Under the pieces are notes generated by a model. That model was given only the letters and a program-made list of their open reading frames with translations, was not told the origin of the DNA and ran no database searches. Positions 20,767-35,049 of a stretch of 64,000 bases of DNA are shown piece by piece. Position 1 is the first letter of the stretch. The number at the start of each line of letters is the position of its first letter. The DNA lies in the NCBI GenBank assembly GCA_963803145.1, contig CAWDLW010000008.1, positions 320,001 to 384,000 of the forward strand, written 5' to 3'. This DNA comes from Methanotrichaceae archaeon. GTDB lineage: Archaea; Halobacteriota; Methanosarcinia; Methanotrichales; Methanotrichaceae. Both the position numbers and the translations under genes were made by a program.

Positions 20767-20822
20767 CTTTGTGGTTGATCGGCGCTGAACGCTCACCACA
20801 AAGACACGAATGCACAAAGAAC
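20767..20822. repeat. REP-like CACAAAG-unit repeat
   Basis: CTTTGTGGTTGA...TCACCACAAAG-ACACGAAT-GCACAAAG-AA; related to the elements at 46155 and 49589. Confidence 0.55.
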
Positions 20823-20894
20823 GTAATTCAAGGTTTGAATTAATTAGGCAATTAGTCGAAAGAAGAACTATAAAAGTAATAGCACTGGCAGTAA

Positions 20895-21257
20895 TTATGT
20901 AAAATCATCAATCCCATGCTTGACGTAATCAATGTATCCCTGAAGCTGCGGAATATCCTTTGCCTGAACGGGCTTCCAGTTTTCATCTACAATGGGATCC
21001 CAGTCTTCGCCCTTTTTCCCAAAGCTTAGAATATCCTCAAGCGCATAAAAGCCGGAGGTCATCGTATCCATAGGATTCTCAAAGTATCCGAGGAACTTCT
21101 GGCTTACAGGGCTGTACCCTGCAAGATACCAGTTCATCTTCTTGCGATTAAATAGATGTAGACGAATGACCTCATCACCCATAATTGGACGATCTTCTGG
21201 CGTTCCTAGAAGCAATCCTAGTTGAGAAGGATTGAGATCTTTTAATCTTTTAGCCAT
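20895..21257 (-). CDS. Hypothetical protein, DUF2958-like
   Basis: LHLF...WYLAGY.P....FLGY.......GF..L.DI....W.PIVD..WKP pattern; family assignment from memory. Confidence 0.55.
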   Translation of the reverse strand: MAKRLKDLNPSQLGLLLGTPEDRPIMGDEVIRLHLFNRKKMNWYLAGYSPVSQKFLGYFENPMDTMTSGFYALEDILSFGKKGEDWDPIVDENWKPVQAKDIPQLQGYIDYVKHGIDDFT

Positions 21258-21528
21258 TTGCAACCTAACAGAATATTGAGTCTGAAACGCAATAAATGTT
21301 ATCATTTCCTTGTGGTAATCAAACATAGAATTGTTCAGGTTAATGAATCATTAGTTTGAAATTGATCGATACCCTTAAAGAGATCTATTTATATCTTAAT
21401 CGCTCGAAAAAGTAATTCTCTTTTGTCTCTAAGGAATACTGGATTTCACCGAGAAAGAAAAAATAGTTGCTGGCCACAGGATTCTGGATCCGAATCCAGT
21501 TCACCTGCAACCAGACTCCCTATGAGGT

Positions 21529-22764
21529 TTAATGCTTGAGTGGGAATGTAATGCTATCAATCATTTGCGGGGTTTTATAGACTTTGGGTTTATCCTTACA
21601 GTCATCATCCTTGACTGTGGCTACTATCCATTCTTGTGCTGTTGCCGTATTATTTGCCGGATCAACTTTTACCTTAAGGTATCCCAATGTCCTAGTCACA
21701 CCGAACATGTAACCAGCCGGTGTGCTATTTCCAGTAAGGTCAGCACACCTGCCCCCTGCATTGCCGATAATGAAATAGGGAATCCCCTTTATCAGATATC
21801 TCTGGTAATTATGAGTATGGCCCGCAAAATTTGCGCTGATATTGTAAGCATGGTAGAGATTTTCCCAGGGTTCAAGATCAGGATTCATTGATGTATTGTA
21901 ATAATCCCAGATTGGGTGGTGATGTATGGTAAATACTCCTAGCAGAGATTTATTGTCCAGCTGCTCTTTTAGCCATGATTCCTGACTCTTTGCAAGGGCC
22001 AGGGAAGTGTGTGGATCATCACCATTGGCATTATTCGGGTCAGGTGTGTTAAGAACAATAAATCGGACCCCGGAACAGTCAAATGAATAGTTCAGGGGCA
22101 TGTCAAACGCCCAATGGTAATGAACGGCGGCGGTTGGCGGATTGTCTCCACCACTGGAATTATGGTAATCATGGTTCCCGATGGTGGGAAAGATGGCAGA
22201 TTTCGAGAGCATCCCATCGGCAACATCGAAAAATTGACGCCAAAGTGAATCGCTATCATGTCCGTTATAGTCCCCACCAATGAGTATGAACTGTATATCC
22301 TGCTCCCTTTCAACGGCATCTGCGACATACTTGAACCGTTGCTTCTCGTCATAATTATGACCTTTCTGGGGATCACTGATTACGATGAAGGTGAATGGAC
22401 CGCTTACAGGCATTGTCCTGAAAGTGCGGTTATCAAATGATTCATCTCTGCCTGAAGATCTCACTCTGTAGGTATATGATGTGTTTGGTTTAAGGCCAGT
22501 GAGCTGGACATGCTGGTATGTCGCAGCTTTCGTAGCTGTTATCGTCCTTTCGAAGCCATCATGCTTATCGAAATAACTTGATGTAGCGAAGTCTATTGAG
22601 CCTGAGCCGTTATCCTCCCCTCGCCAGTTGATTGTCGCAGAATTTGTTGTGGTCTTCGTCACCCAAGGAGACCAATAATCATCCGACGTTTCTGCGAAAA
22701 TTGGAACGATAAAGAAGCATAGAAGTATCAAGGCCACCAAATACCTACAGGATTTTTCAGTCAT
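21529..22764 (-). CDS. Secreted metallophosphoesterase (purple acid phosphatase-like, FN3 N-domain)
   Basis: Signal peptide; HVQLTGLKPNTSYTY; ISD, GGD, GNHD, HHP, GHTHNYQR. Confidence 0.9.
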   Translation of the reverse strand: MTEKSCRYLVALILLCFFIVPIFAETSDDYWSPWVTKTTTNSATINWRGEDNGSGSIDFATSSYFDKHDGFERTITATKAATYQHVQLTGLKPNTSYTYRVRSSGRDESFDNRTFRTMPVSGPFTFIVISDPQKGHNYDEKQRFKYVADAVEREQDIQFILIGGDYNGHDSDSLWRQFFDVADGMLSKSAIFPTIGNHDYHNSSGGDNPPTAAVHYHWAFDMPLNYSFDCSGVRFIVLNTPDPNNANGDDPHTSLALAKSQESWLKEQLDNKSLLGVFTIHHHPIWDYYNTSMNPDLEPWENLYHAYNISANFAGHTHNYQRYLIKGIPYFIIGNAGGRCADLTGNSTPAGYMFGVTRTLGYLKVKVDPANNTATAQEWIVATVKDDDCKDKPKVYKTPQMIDSITFPLKH

Positions 22765-22892
22765 ATTTCCCTCAAGCTCTGCAACAGGTTATCCCTTAAA
22801 AACCTTGGGTTAAATCGCGGAGGGATTTATGGTTAAGCTATAAGAGCGATAAGGAATTCTTTAGTTCTGATCAAGATTGGAGCTAAAATGCT

Positions 22893-22908
22893 TAGTGAAT
22901 ATGGCAGC
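22893..22908. repeat. 16-bp direct repeat of the 5S rRNA 3' end
   Basis: TAGTGAATATGGCAGC identical at 22893-22908 and 23012-23027. Confidence 0.8.
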
Positions 22909-23015
22909 TCACGTATAGGGCGCATAGTAGACTATCGACCGGATAGCGAAGGTAAACTGTAATCATATAACAGTAATTTTTCGATCTCGATTAATATTAT
23001 AGAAAAGAATATAGT

Positions 23016-23142
23016 GAATATGGCAGCGATCTGCAGTTCCCGAGAGCTCGCGCATCTGAGTACAGTGCAAAACGTGGACGGGCTTATCTTCTGAGTTCGG
23101 GATGGGATCAGGAGTTACCCCGTCGCTATGGCCGCCATATTC
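23016..23142 (-). rRNA. rrf: 5S rRNA
   Basis: Reverse complement GAATATGGCGGCCATAGCG...CCCATCCCGAACTCAGAAGATAAGCC...GCTGCCATATTC with paired termini. Confidence 0.95.
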
Positions 23143-23145
23143 GAT

Positions 23146-23198
23146 TCCAGGTATCGGGTTCGAACCGATTGAGCTGCTTCCAAATTAAGCAACCCTGG
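23146..23198 (-). other. tRNA-like (mini-tRNA) structure immediately 5' of the 5S rRNA
   Basis: CCAGG/CCTGG acceptor-like stem, a 7-bp hairpin and an ATCGG-TTCGAAC-CCGAT T-arm. Confidence 0.7.
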
Positions 23199-23284
23199 TG
23201 TATAGAATCGATTGGGATTTAGATTTAGGCCAATCTTATCTTAGCTAAGCTTTGCGACCAGATTACGCCTGAGCATAATGGAGC

Positions 23285-26175
<2,891 letters not shown>

Positions 26176-26310
26176 GCTTATTGCTCCACTATAACTCAGT
26201 GAGCGTCTGGTCGCAAAGCTTATACACGGCTTCTCAGGCCTCTATCGACTTGCGATCGATTGGCCTCGGCCCTTCCACATCGAGTCCTCCTCAATGTGTG
26301 CATTTTACAG

Positions 26311-26383
26311 TGGACTTGCTGGGATTCGAACCCAGGGCCTCCGCCTTGCAAAGGCGGCGCTCTACCAGCTGAGCTACAAGCCC
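26311..26383 (-). tRNA. tRNA-Ala (TGC) in the 16S-23S spacer
   Basis: GGGCTTGTAGCTCAGCTGGTAGAGCGCCGCCTTTGCAAGGCGGAGGCCCTGGGTTCGAATCCCAGCAAGTCCA. Confidence 0.97.
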
Positions 26384-26629
26384 CGGTTTAAAGCCCAGCA
26401 ATAATTAAATTAAAGCTGGCTTTCGGTTTGATTTTAGTTTGATTTCGTTTTGTTACCATTAGGTTTTCGTTGATTAAGTTTTAGTGGTTTTCTGGTTCTT
26501 ATTTGGTCCTGGCTAACTTTTCAGACTCCAATCGATACTACTTCTTTTGGCGGTATCCGCTTGAAGAAGCGGATTGCTTTGTTTTTGCATACGTAACGTA
26601 TGCTTTTGCGCTCATTTGAGCGCGACATT

Positions 26630-28101
<1,472 letters not shown>

Positions 28102-28330
28102 GTTTCTTTAGGGAAGTATTTTGTATCGATTGGAATTGGCTGAGCAGCCAAGACCATTGTCAGACACGAAAAATCTCGCGTCTCCACTAAACTATAATCT
28201 TTTTGGATCTAAGCTCTTCAGCTTAGCTCTAGCTCTTTATGCCGCAACCTGGATAGCAGCTCATCATAAATCAGAGCCGTAACGTTTCGTTGCGACGCCT
28301 TTTCGGCCCGACTCTATAGGTTTCCTGGCT

Positions 28331-28618
28331 ATTTATAGTTTCCTGTCGCCGGAAGCCCCGTTCATCGGACCTTTCTATATACGCTTTATCGGTATTTATA
28401 GTTTTTGCCCCGTCATCCCACATATTTTAGCGATATGCGCGGGACAATTCAAATACCTCGGCCATATAGCAAGGCAAACTCGATATTCAAGCTTAAAACC
28501 TGAAGCAATTACTAAGAATTGCATGTAGGCCTAAACTGATAACTAAATGCCTCACTGCATCTCCCTTTCGGGAAGGCCGAACCCAAACAATAACTCGCGC
28601 CTATATAATCCTTTCGGC
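28331..28618 (-). promoter_or_regulatory. Tandem BRE/TATA promoters of the rRNA operon
   Basis: Minus strand: GGAAACTATAAAT (about 28331-28343), CAAAAACTATAAAT (about 28394-28407), CCGAAAGGATTATATAG (about 28601-28617). Confidence 0.6.
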
Positions 28619-28729
28619 CATATCGAAAGTTAATGGAATATATAGAGAATCCTTATTCCTTACGGATCGTTGAGTATTAATATTATCATATCTCACCAGT
28701 AGCGATTAAGACGCTACTGGAGATATTTT

Positions 28730-30676
28730 ATGGTTTACACCTTGACTGAGAAGATCCTGAGAAAGCATCTCGTTGATGGATCCTACGAGCCAGGCGCAGA
28801 GATCGGCATAAAAATAGACCAGACCCTAACGCAGGACGCGACTGGAACTATGGCCTATCTACAGTTCGAATCAATGGGGCTTTCAAATATAGCCACAGAG
28901 CTTTCCGTAAGCTATGTCGATCACAACACCATCCAGGTCGGCTTTGAGAACGCAGACGACCACGCGTACCTGCAATCCATCGCGGAGAAGTACGGCATAT
29001 ATTTCTCCCGACCTGGCAACGGAATATGCCACCAGGTTCACCTTGAAAGGTTTGCGAGGCCAGGAAGAACCCTGCTTGGATCTGATAGCCACACGCCAAC
29101 TGCAGGAGGCGTAGGCTCTATCGCGATAGGCGCAGGCGGTCTGGATGTTGCAGTAGCCATGGGAGGGGGAGCATACTACCTGACCGCACCTCGGGTAATC
29201 AATGTCCACCTAACAGGGGAACTAAAGCCCTGGGTCACAGCCAAGGATGTAGTCCTCAAGGTGCTCCAAATACTGACCACTAAAGGAAATGTCGGATATG
29301 TCTGCGAATATACAGGCCCCGGCATTGAGAAACTGACTGTGCCCGAAAGAGCCACCATTACCAACATGGGCGCAGAGACAGGCGTAACAACGTCCATATT
29401 CCCCTCCGATCTCCAAACAAAACAGTTCCTAGAGGCACAAGGCAGAGGTGACCAATGGGTGCCTATGGAGGCAGATAAGGATGCAGCCTATGATAAGACC
29501 ATTGAGATCGATCTATCGGATATCGAACCACTTGCGGCCACACCTCATAGCCCAGGCAATGTAAAGCCTATCCATGAGATTGACCAGGCCGTAGATCAGG
29601 TCATGATAGGATCGTGCACCAATTCGTCCTACGTGGATTTGATGACCGTAGCCCAGATAGTAAAAGGTAAGAGCCTGCCGCCAGGGGTAAGCCTAGGAAT
29701 AGCTCCCGGCTCAAGACAGGTACTGAATACCATCGCAAAGAATGGTGGCTTAAGCGATCTGATCTCCTTCGGAGCCAGGGTCCTCGAATCGGCCTGCGGG
29801 TTCTGCATAGGCAACAGCATGTCCCCAAGGACTGATTCGGTCTCTGTACGTACAAGCAACCGTAACTTCAAGGGCAGATCTGGAACTCCAAGTGCTAATG
29901 TCTACTTAACGAGCCCGGTTATTGCTGCCACTGCTGCTCTCACAGGAAGATTAACTGACCCAAGAACGTTGGATATTGCCTTCCCGAGGATAGAGATGCC
30001 CGATCATTTTGAGATCGATGATAGCATGATAATTCCTCCGCTGCCCTCAGATCCAAGGGCAAAAGTAAAGATCAGTCGCGGCCCGAATATAGGCGAGCCG
30101 CCGGTGAATGGACCTATGCCAGAGGATATACGAGGGCTGGTCACAATCAAAGTCGGCGATTTAGTCACAACTGATCATATCATGCCAGCAGGCTCTCGCC
30201 TTAAGTATCGCTCAAATGTGCCCAAATACTCTGAATTTGTCTTCGAGCCACTAGATAAGGGGTTCAGTGGCCGCGCTGTTGGCCTGAGAGATAAAGGGGT
30301 TCACAACCTGATTGTGGCTGGAACAAGCTATGGCCAAGGGTCCTCACGTGAGCATGCTGCCCTCTGCCCAATGTATCTGGGCATAAAGGCGGTGATCGCC
30401 AAATCGATCGAGAGAATCCATGCCGCAAACCTCGTCAACTTCGGAATAGTGCCTTTCTACTTTGCGGACGAATCCGATTATGACTCTCTTGTGCAAGGCG
30501 CAGAGATCGTCATACCAGGAATACGCACTGCCATTGAGCACGGAAGCAGCGAGATTAAGGCCAAGATTGGCGGAAAAGATATCAAGCTTAAAACTAGCCT
30601 AAGTGAACGTCAGAGAGAGATCTTACTTGCAGGTGGCCTGCTGCCTTATACCGTCCGGGAAAGAAAAGGAAAATAG
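28730..30676 (+). CDS. Aconitate hydratase (single-chain)
   Basis: QDATG, DHN, GSDSHT, IGSCTN, CGFCIG, NRNF.GR, TTDHI.PAG, GSSREHA. Confidence 0.93.
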   Translation: MVYTLTEKILRKHLVDGSYEPGAEIGIKIDQTLTQDATGTMAYLQFESMGLSNIATELSVSYVDHNTIQVGFENADDHAYLQSIAEKYGIYFSRPGNGICHQVHLERFARPGRTLLGSDSHTPTAGGVGSIAIGAGGLDVAVAMGGGAYYLTAPRVINVHLTGELKPWVTAKDVVLKVLQILTTKGNVGYVCEYTGPGIEKLTVPERATITNMGAETGVTTSIFPSDLQTKQFLEAQGRGDQWVPMEADKDAAYDKTIEIDLSDIEPLAATPHSPGNVKPIHEIDQAVDQVMIGSCTNSSYVDLMTVAQIVKGKSLPPGVSLGIAPGSRQVLNTIAKNGGLSDLISFGARVLESACGFCIGNSMSPRTDSVSVRTSNRNFKGRSGTPSANVYLTSPVIAATAALTGRLTDPRTLDIAFPRIEMPDHFEIDDSMIIPPLPSDPRAKVKISRGPNIGEPPVNGPMPEDIRGLVTIKVGDLVTTDHIMPAGSRLKYRSNVPKYSEFVFEPLDKGFSGRAVGLRDKGVHNLIVAGTSYGQGSSREHAALCPMYLGIKAVIAKSIERIHAANLVNFGIVPFYFADESDYDSLVQGAEIVIPGIRTAIEHGSSEIKAKIGGKDIKLKTSLSERQREILLAGGLLPYTVRERKGK

Positions 30677-30715
30677 ATTTGGCCTATAAAAAGCCAAATT
30701 TATTTTATAATTTTC

Positions 30716-31219
30716 TCAGAAGAGGGCCATGATTCCCTGGGAAATTATCTGTCCCTGAGAGTCCTTGGATGGAACTCCATTGCTACTCCCAGCAGATGAT
30801 GCCGTCGTAGCTATAGATGTATACTTCCAGCCCTGGTCCTGATCGAAGTTGAAGTTTATATCCCTCTTAAGTGCTGCACTCTGCAACTCAGTGCCACTGA
30901 CATTAGTTGCGACAGGTGCATTAGCCATAAAGCTCGAATTCTTAAGCTCGACCTGCTTATCGAAACCAAGCGGGAAGCTGTTGAGCCAGATATCCATAAC
31001 ATTTGATTGAGCTGTTGCAGCCGTGTTCTGGGTCCCACCATTTTGATTTTGGATATAGGAATTCCAGTAATTCTCAACTAAAGGCTGGAAGTCAGCAGTA
31101 TTCTGGCCATTGAAGAACTGAAGCTGGCTAGTGCTGTATCCCTCGCCGGTGAAAATGGTCTGGGCGGAAGCACCACCTATCAGGCAGATCAGCGCGATTA
31201 AGGCTATTATCCATTTCAT
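30716..31219 (-). CDS. Hypothetical secreted protein
   Basis: MKWIIALIALICLIGGASA signal peptide; Q/N/S-rich mature part. Confidence 0.75.
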   Translation of the reverse strand: MKWIIALIALICLIGGASAQTIFTGEGYSTSQLQFFNGQNTADFQPLVENYWNSYIQNQNGGTQNTAATAQSNVMDIWLNSFPLGFDKQVELKNSSFMANAPVATNVSGTELQSAALKRDINFNFDQDQGWKYTSIATTASSAGSSNGVPSKDSQGQIISQGIMALF

Positions 31220-31307
31220 TTTAATACACTCCATTATAATCGTTAAACTTCCAACCCGTGCTGATCTGTCCCAACCTATTTATTCCTTATCGATGGAGAA
31301 TGAGATT

Positions 31308-32714
31308 ATGCCGGATAGTTTTGAGATCCTGCACAAGGATCTGGCTGGAAGAATCGGCAAGCTCAAGACACCTCATGGCTCAATAGAGACGCCTGCACTC
31401 ATGCCTGTGATCAATCCCCATCTCCAGATAATACCGGCTGCAGAGCTGAAAGGAATGGGAGCCAGCATAATAATAACAAACAGCTATATAATCAACCAGG
31501 ACTCCAAGCTTAAGAGTTTGGCCCTGGAAAAGGGGCTACACAGTCTTCTGGGATTTGATGGCCCCATAATGACAGACTCTGGAGCGTTCCAGCTCTCAGT
31601 CTACGGAAATGTTAATGTACAGCCCCTTGAGATCTTGGAGTTTCAGCATGCGATCGGATCTGATATCTGCGTGCCGCTGGATATTCCTACTCCGCCTGAT
31701 GTGTCCAGAGATAGAGCCGAATCAGAGCTTTTGGAGACGGAAAGACGGCTTGGTGAGGCGCTGGAACATAAGGGATCATCGCTCCTTGCAGGACCGATCC
31801 AAGGCTCAACCTACCCCGATTTAAGGGAGACGGCAGCCCGAAATTTGAAGGATAAAGATTTCGATGTCTATCCGATCGGGGCTGTGGTTCCCCTAATGGA
31901 GACCTACAGATTTGCAGACCTTGTAGAGGTAATAGCCGCTTCTAAGAAGGGCCTGGGATCGGGAGCACCAGTTCATCTTTTCGGTGCGGGACACCCAATG
32001 ATCTTTGCACTGGCTGCTGCAATGGGCTGTGACTTGTTTGACTCCGCTGCTTATGCACTGTATGCCCGACAGGACCGCTATCTCACCTCCAGAGGCACCT
32101 GGAAGCTGGATGATATGAAGTACCTGCCATGCTCATGTGAGGTCTGTCAAACCCATACGCTAAATGAGATGGTACAGAGCCCTGATAAATCAAAGCTTCT
32201 TGCAAAGCATAATCTCTATGCCTGTTTCCAGGAGATGAGGCTGGTCAAGCAATGCATACACGAAGGGTCTCTATGGGATCTTCTCGAAGAAAGATGCAGA
32301 TCTCATCCACGTATGCTTGATGGCCTGAGGGCGCTAAGTAGAAAGGCTGATTGGCTCGAAAGCCTGGATAACTCATCCAAGTCGACCTTCTTTTATCTTG
32401 GGCCCGACTCCGCCTTACGGCCTGAGGTTATCAGATATTCCTCTAGGATAGACAGGCTGTCCTTCCAGGGAGATGTTCTCATTACAGATGATCTCAATGC
32501 AGACAAGACCGGCTTTGATTATGTGCTCCATTTCAAGCCGCCGTTCGGCCCGTATCCGCCTGAGCTATCTGAAACATATCCACTGAATGCTGAGGTGCCT
32601 GAAGAAGCAGACCAGGCTGCAATGGAGAAGGCAATGGAGTGCACAAAACGGCTGATCGAGGCCAACCCGCAGGCCAGGTTCAGATTGCAGATGAAAACGC
32701 GAGAAAAAACATAA
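31308..32714 (+). CDS. tgtA: Archaeosine tRNA-guanine(15) transglycosylase
   Basis: GRIGKL.TPHG, MTDSGAFQL, HLFGAGHP, DLFDSAAY, PCSCEVC, HNL. Confidence 0.95.
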   Translation: MPDSFEILHKDLAGRIGKLKTPHGSIETPALMPVINPHLQIIPAAELKGMGASIIITNSYIINQDSKLKSLALEKGLHSLLGFDGPIMTDSGAFQLSVYGNVNVQPLEILEFQHAIGSDICVPLDIPTPPDVSRDRAESELLETERRLGEALEHKGSSLLAGPIQGSTYPDLRETAARNLKDKDFDVYPIGAVVPLMETYRFADLVEVIAASKKGLGSGAPVHLFGAGHPMIFALAAAMGCDLFDSAAYALYARQDRYLTSRGTWKLDDMKYLPCSCEVCQTHTLNEMVQSPDKSKLLAKHNLYACFQEMRLVKQCIHEGSLWDLLEERCRSHPRMLDGLRALSRKADWLESLDNSSKSTFFYLGPDSALRPEVIRYSSRIDRLSFQGDVLITDDLNADKTGFDYVLHFKPPFGPYPPELSETYPLNAEVPEEADQAAMEKAMECTKRLIEANPQARFRLQMKTREKT

Positions 32715-32772
32715 CTAAATGTGAATGCAGAATAAATAATAAGGTTGAAATATTGAAATTTAACGGAGTTAG

Positions 32773-34530
32773 ATGACCAGGCACTTTGAAGTACTGAGGC
32801 GCGATGGCCCTGCAAGGCTCGGAAGGCTCTTGCTGGAGAGACAGATTAGCACGCCCTCTTTGATTGGCAGCGGTGATTATGTTTTTGCCGGAAGCATCTT
32901 CAGTTACAGCTCAATTGAAGAAGCTATGAAGACTGCAGAAGAATTCAAGGGCCAAAAGAAGCTGGCGATAATGCCCTATGTTCCGTCTGCCCTTCATTCC
33001 GAGCCAAGCATACAGCTGCCCAAGATGGAGATTGAGGGACCGAAGGGAGTTGTGATCCACCCATTTTCGAAGGAAAGGCCGGAGGATGCTGATGTCTATA
33101 TCCTTAGCAGTGCAGGCTCGCTGAGAAACCCCAGAGATTTCATAAACGCTATTATCGGCGTGAGAAACAAGATACCTTCAGATACAGCGCTCTATGCTCC
33201 TGCCCTTGCAACACCTGCAAATCTGAGCATGCTGGTCTATCTCGGAATAGATCTTCTGGATACAACCCGAGTAGTTGCAGATGCCTATTTCGGAAGGTAC
33301 CATACACGTGATGGAACTTTTGCATTGAGCGACCTTGGAGAGCTTCCTTGCACTTGCGAGCACTGTAAAGCACTTAGTGGCTGTTATCACGATGACGACA
33401 ATTATGATCACGAGCATCTTGCAGGCCATAATGTATTGAAGCTAGAGGAGGAGCTACTAGCTGTAAGACAGGCCGTAAGATCTGAGAATATCAGGGAATA
33501 TATCGAGCGGCAGGTCAGGGTGGCGCCAAACCTAACAGCTATACTCCGCCTGCTGGATCAGGAGCACAATTACATCGAGGCCAGGACTCCCCAGCACAGA
33601 CGAAGCATATTTTACGCAAACACTGCGGAGTCATTGCAAAGGGCAGAGGTCACTCGCTTTGCAGAGCGGGTGCTGGACAGATACAGAGGCCCGAAGAGCG
33701 ATGTTTTGCTGCTTCTTCCATGCTCTGCAAAAAAGCCCTATTCCATATCTAGATCACACAGGTTCTTCGCTGAAGCCATTGGATCCCACAGAAGATACCT
33801 GCATGAGCTTATTCTAACATCTCCTCTGGCCCTTGTTCCACGAGAGCTTGAAGAGGTCTACCCTGCAGCCAATTATGATGTTCCTGTAACAGGCCATTGG
33901 GACCTTGAGGAGAGAGCCTGGCTCTTGCGCTGCCTGGATGCCTACCTTGAGAAGAATAAATATGCTCGCATAGTCGCACATTTGGAAGGAGAGCTGAAGG
34001 AAACAGTTGAAGGTCATGGAATAGATGCTGTCTACACAGGCGGCGGAACAAATGATGCCGCTCTAGCCAGGCTTTCAGAGGCCGTCAGTGAGGCATGCCA
34101 TGGAGCTGTACGCCTGGAAGATCATCGGCTGCAGCGCTACAGAGCGACTGCGGATTACTACTTCGGTAGCGGCGTTGGTAATGCCCTGCTCACTGGCAAG
34201 GTCAAGATAAGGGGCCGAGAGGTTCAGGATGAGAATGGAAAGGCGCTGGCTGCGATGACGCCAAATGGAATGCTCGCTTTATCAATAGAGGGAGCAAGAA
34301 GACTTGAGCCTCTTGGGAGATACATCGCGACCATAGGCGATTTCGTGCCCAAAGGATCATTGCTTGCGCCCGGAGTATTGGATGCAGATCCTCAAATCCG
34401 GCCGGGGGATGAAGTAATAATTGTAGGGGAGAAGGCGTTCGGCGTTGGCCGTGCCAAGATGTCAGGGTGGGAGATGATCGAGTCCAGAAGGGGGATGGCA
34501 GCGGAGCTGAGGCAGATGCAAAAGAGTTAG
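32773..34530 (+). CDS. arcS: Archaeosine synthase (TgtA2) with PUA domain
   Basis: RRDGPARLG, PCSAKKPYS.S.SH, LTSPL.LVPRELE, YDVPVTG.W, C-terminal PUA; directly downstream of tgtA. Confidence 0.92.
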   Translation: MTRHFEVLRRDGPARLGRLLLERQISTPSLIGSGDYVFAGSIFSYSSIEEAMKTAEEFKGQKKLAIMPYVPSALHSEPSIQLPKMEIEGPKGVVIHPFSKERPEDADVYILSSAGSLRNPRDFINAIIGVRNKIPSDTALYAPALATPANLSMLVYLGIDLLDTTRVVADAYFGRYHTRDGTFALSDLGELPCTCEHCKALSGCYHDDDNYDHEHLAGHNVLKLEEELLAVRQAVRSENIREYIERQVRVAPNLTAILRLLDQEHNYIEARTPQHRRSIFYANTAESLQRAEVTRFAERVLDRYRGPKSDVLLLLPCSAKKPYSISRSHRFFAEAIGSHRRYLHELILTSPLALVPRELEEVYPAANYDVPVTGHWDLEERAWLLRCLDAYLEKNKYARIVAHLEGELKETVEGHGIDAVYTGGGTNDAALARLSEAVSEACHGAVRLEDHRLQRYRATADYYFGSGVGNALLTGKVKIRGREVQDENGKALAAMTPNGMLALSIEGARRLEPLGRYIATIGDFVPKGSLLAPGVLDADPQIRPGDEVIIVGEKAFGVGRAKMSGWEMIESRRGMAAELRQMQKS

Positions 34531-34793
34531 CTGTGCCTCTCAATTTAAAGTTTCTTTATCTCTATACACTATAAAGTGCCCTTTTATTATTCCATTGCCA
34601 AGGCATCGCTGTAGTATGCTGTCTCTCTATCAGAATCCAAAAGGCCAGCCCGATCCTTCGCCAGCGTATGATCTTATGACGTATGTTTACATAACAGTAA
34701 TAACAATCACTATTACACGACGGCGGTTAGAGATTATACACAGACAAATGATCGGACTTACCTTCTAGCATCTACGATCTATGCTTTCAGATA

Positions 34794-35017
34794 CATTAGA
34801 AGCTTGAACATAAAACTAACATTCATTCTGGCATTCCACACATTTCACTCGTGCTATCGTTCATTTCGTCGAGGATCTGACGAATTGGAGCCTAATCGAT
34901 AAAATCAAATACCTGTGATAGCTCGAATTTCCCTTGCTTCTTGCGAAGCTCCCGCAGTGTCATTATGCAGAAAAAGAAGCCATAACGATGAATGGCATTT
35001 CTTATTATGAAGATCCC
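34794..35017 (-). mobile_element. Degenerate IS5-family transposase 5' remnant
   Basis: Minus strand: MASFSA/MTLRELRKKQGKFELSQVFDFID*APIRQILDEM...GMPE/NVSFMFKLL resembles the IS5 N-terminus (IDW.P.R.IL..M....GGRP..DV..MFK.L); two frameshifts and a TAG; GGGATCTTCATAA possible left end. Confidence 0.6.
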
Positions 35018-35049
35018 GCTTTGATAAAAAAGGAGATGGGATTGGCTAT

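Noticed and set aside
23146-23198. A genuine tRNA gene between 23S and 5S
   Set aside because: Only about 53 nt, no D-arm and a 5-bp acceptor stem; treated as a processing mimic instead.
31131-31307. N-terminal extension of tgtA in the ORF track (similar extensions at 16072, 19616, 48601, 49796)
   Set aside because: They overlap neighbouring genes or promoters, and recognisable homology starts at downstream start codons.
34892-34894. In-frame TAG codons (here and at 48310) as pyrrolysine read-through
   Set aside because: Both occur in otherwise decayed frames with other lesions, no pyl genes are present in the window, and this family is not known for Pyl use.
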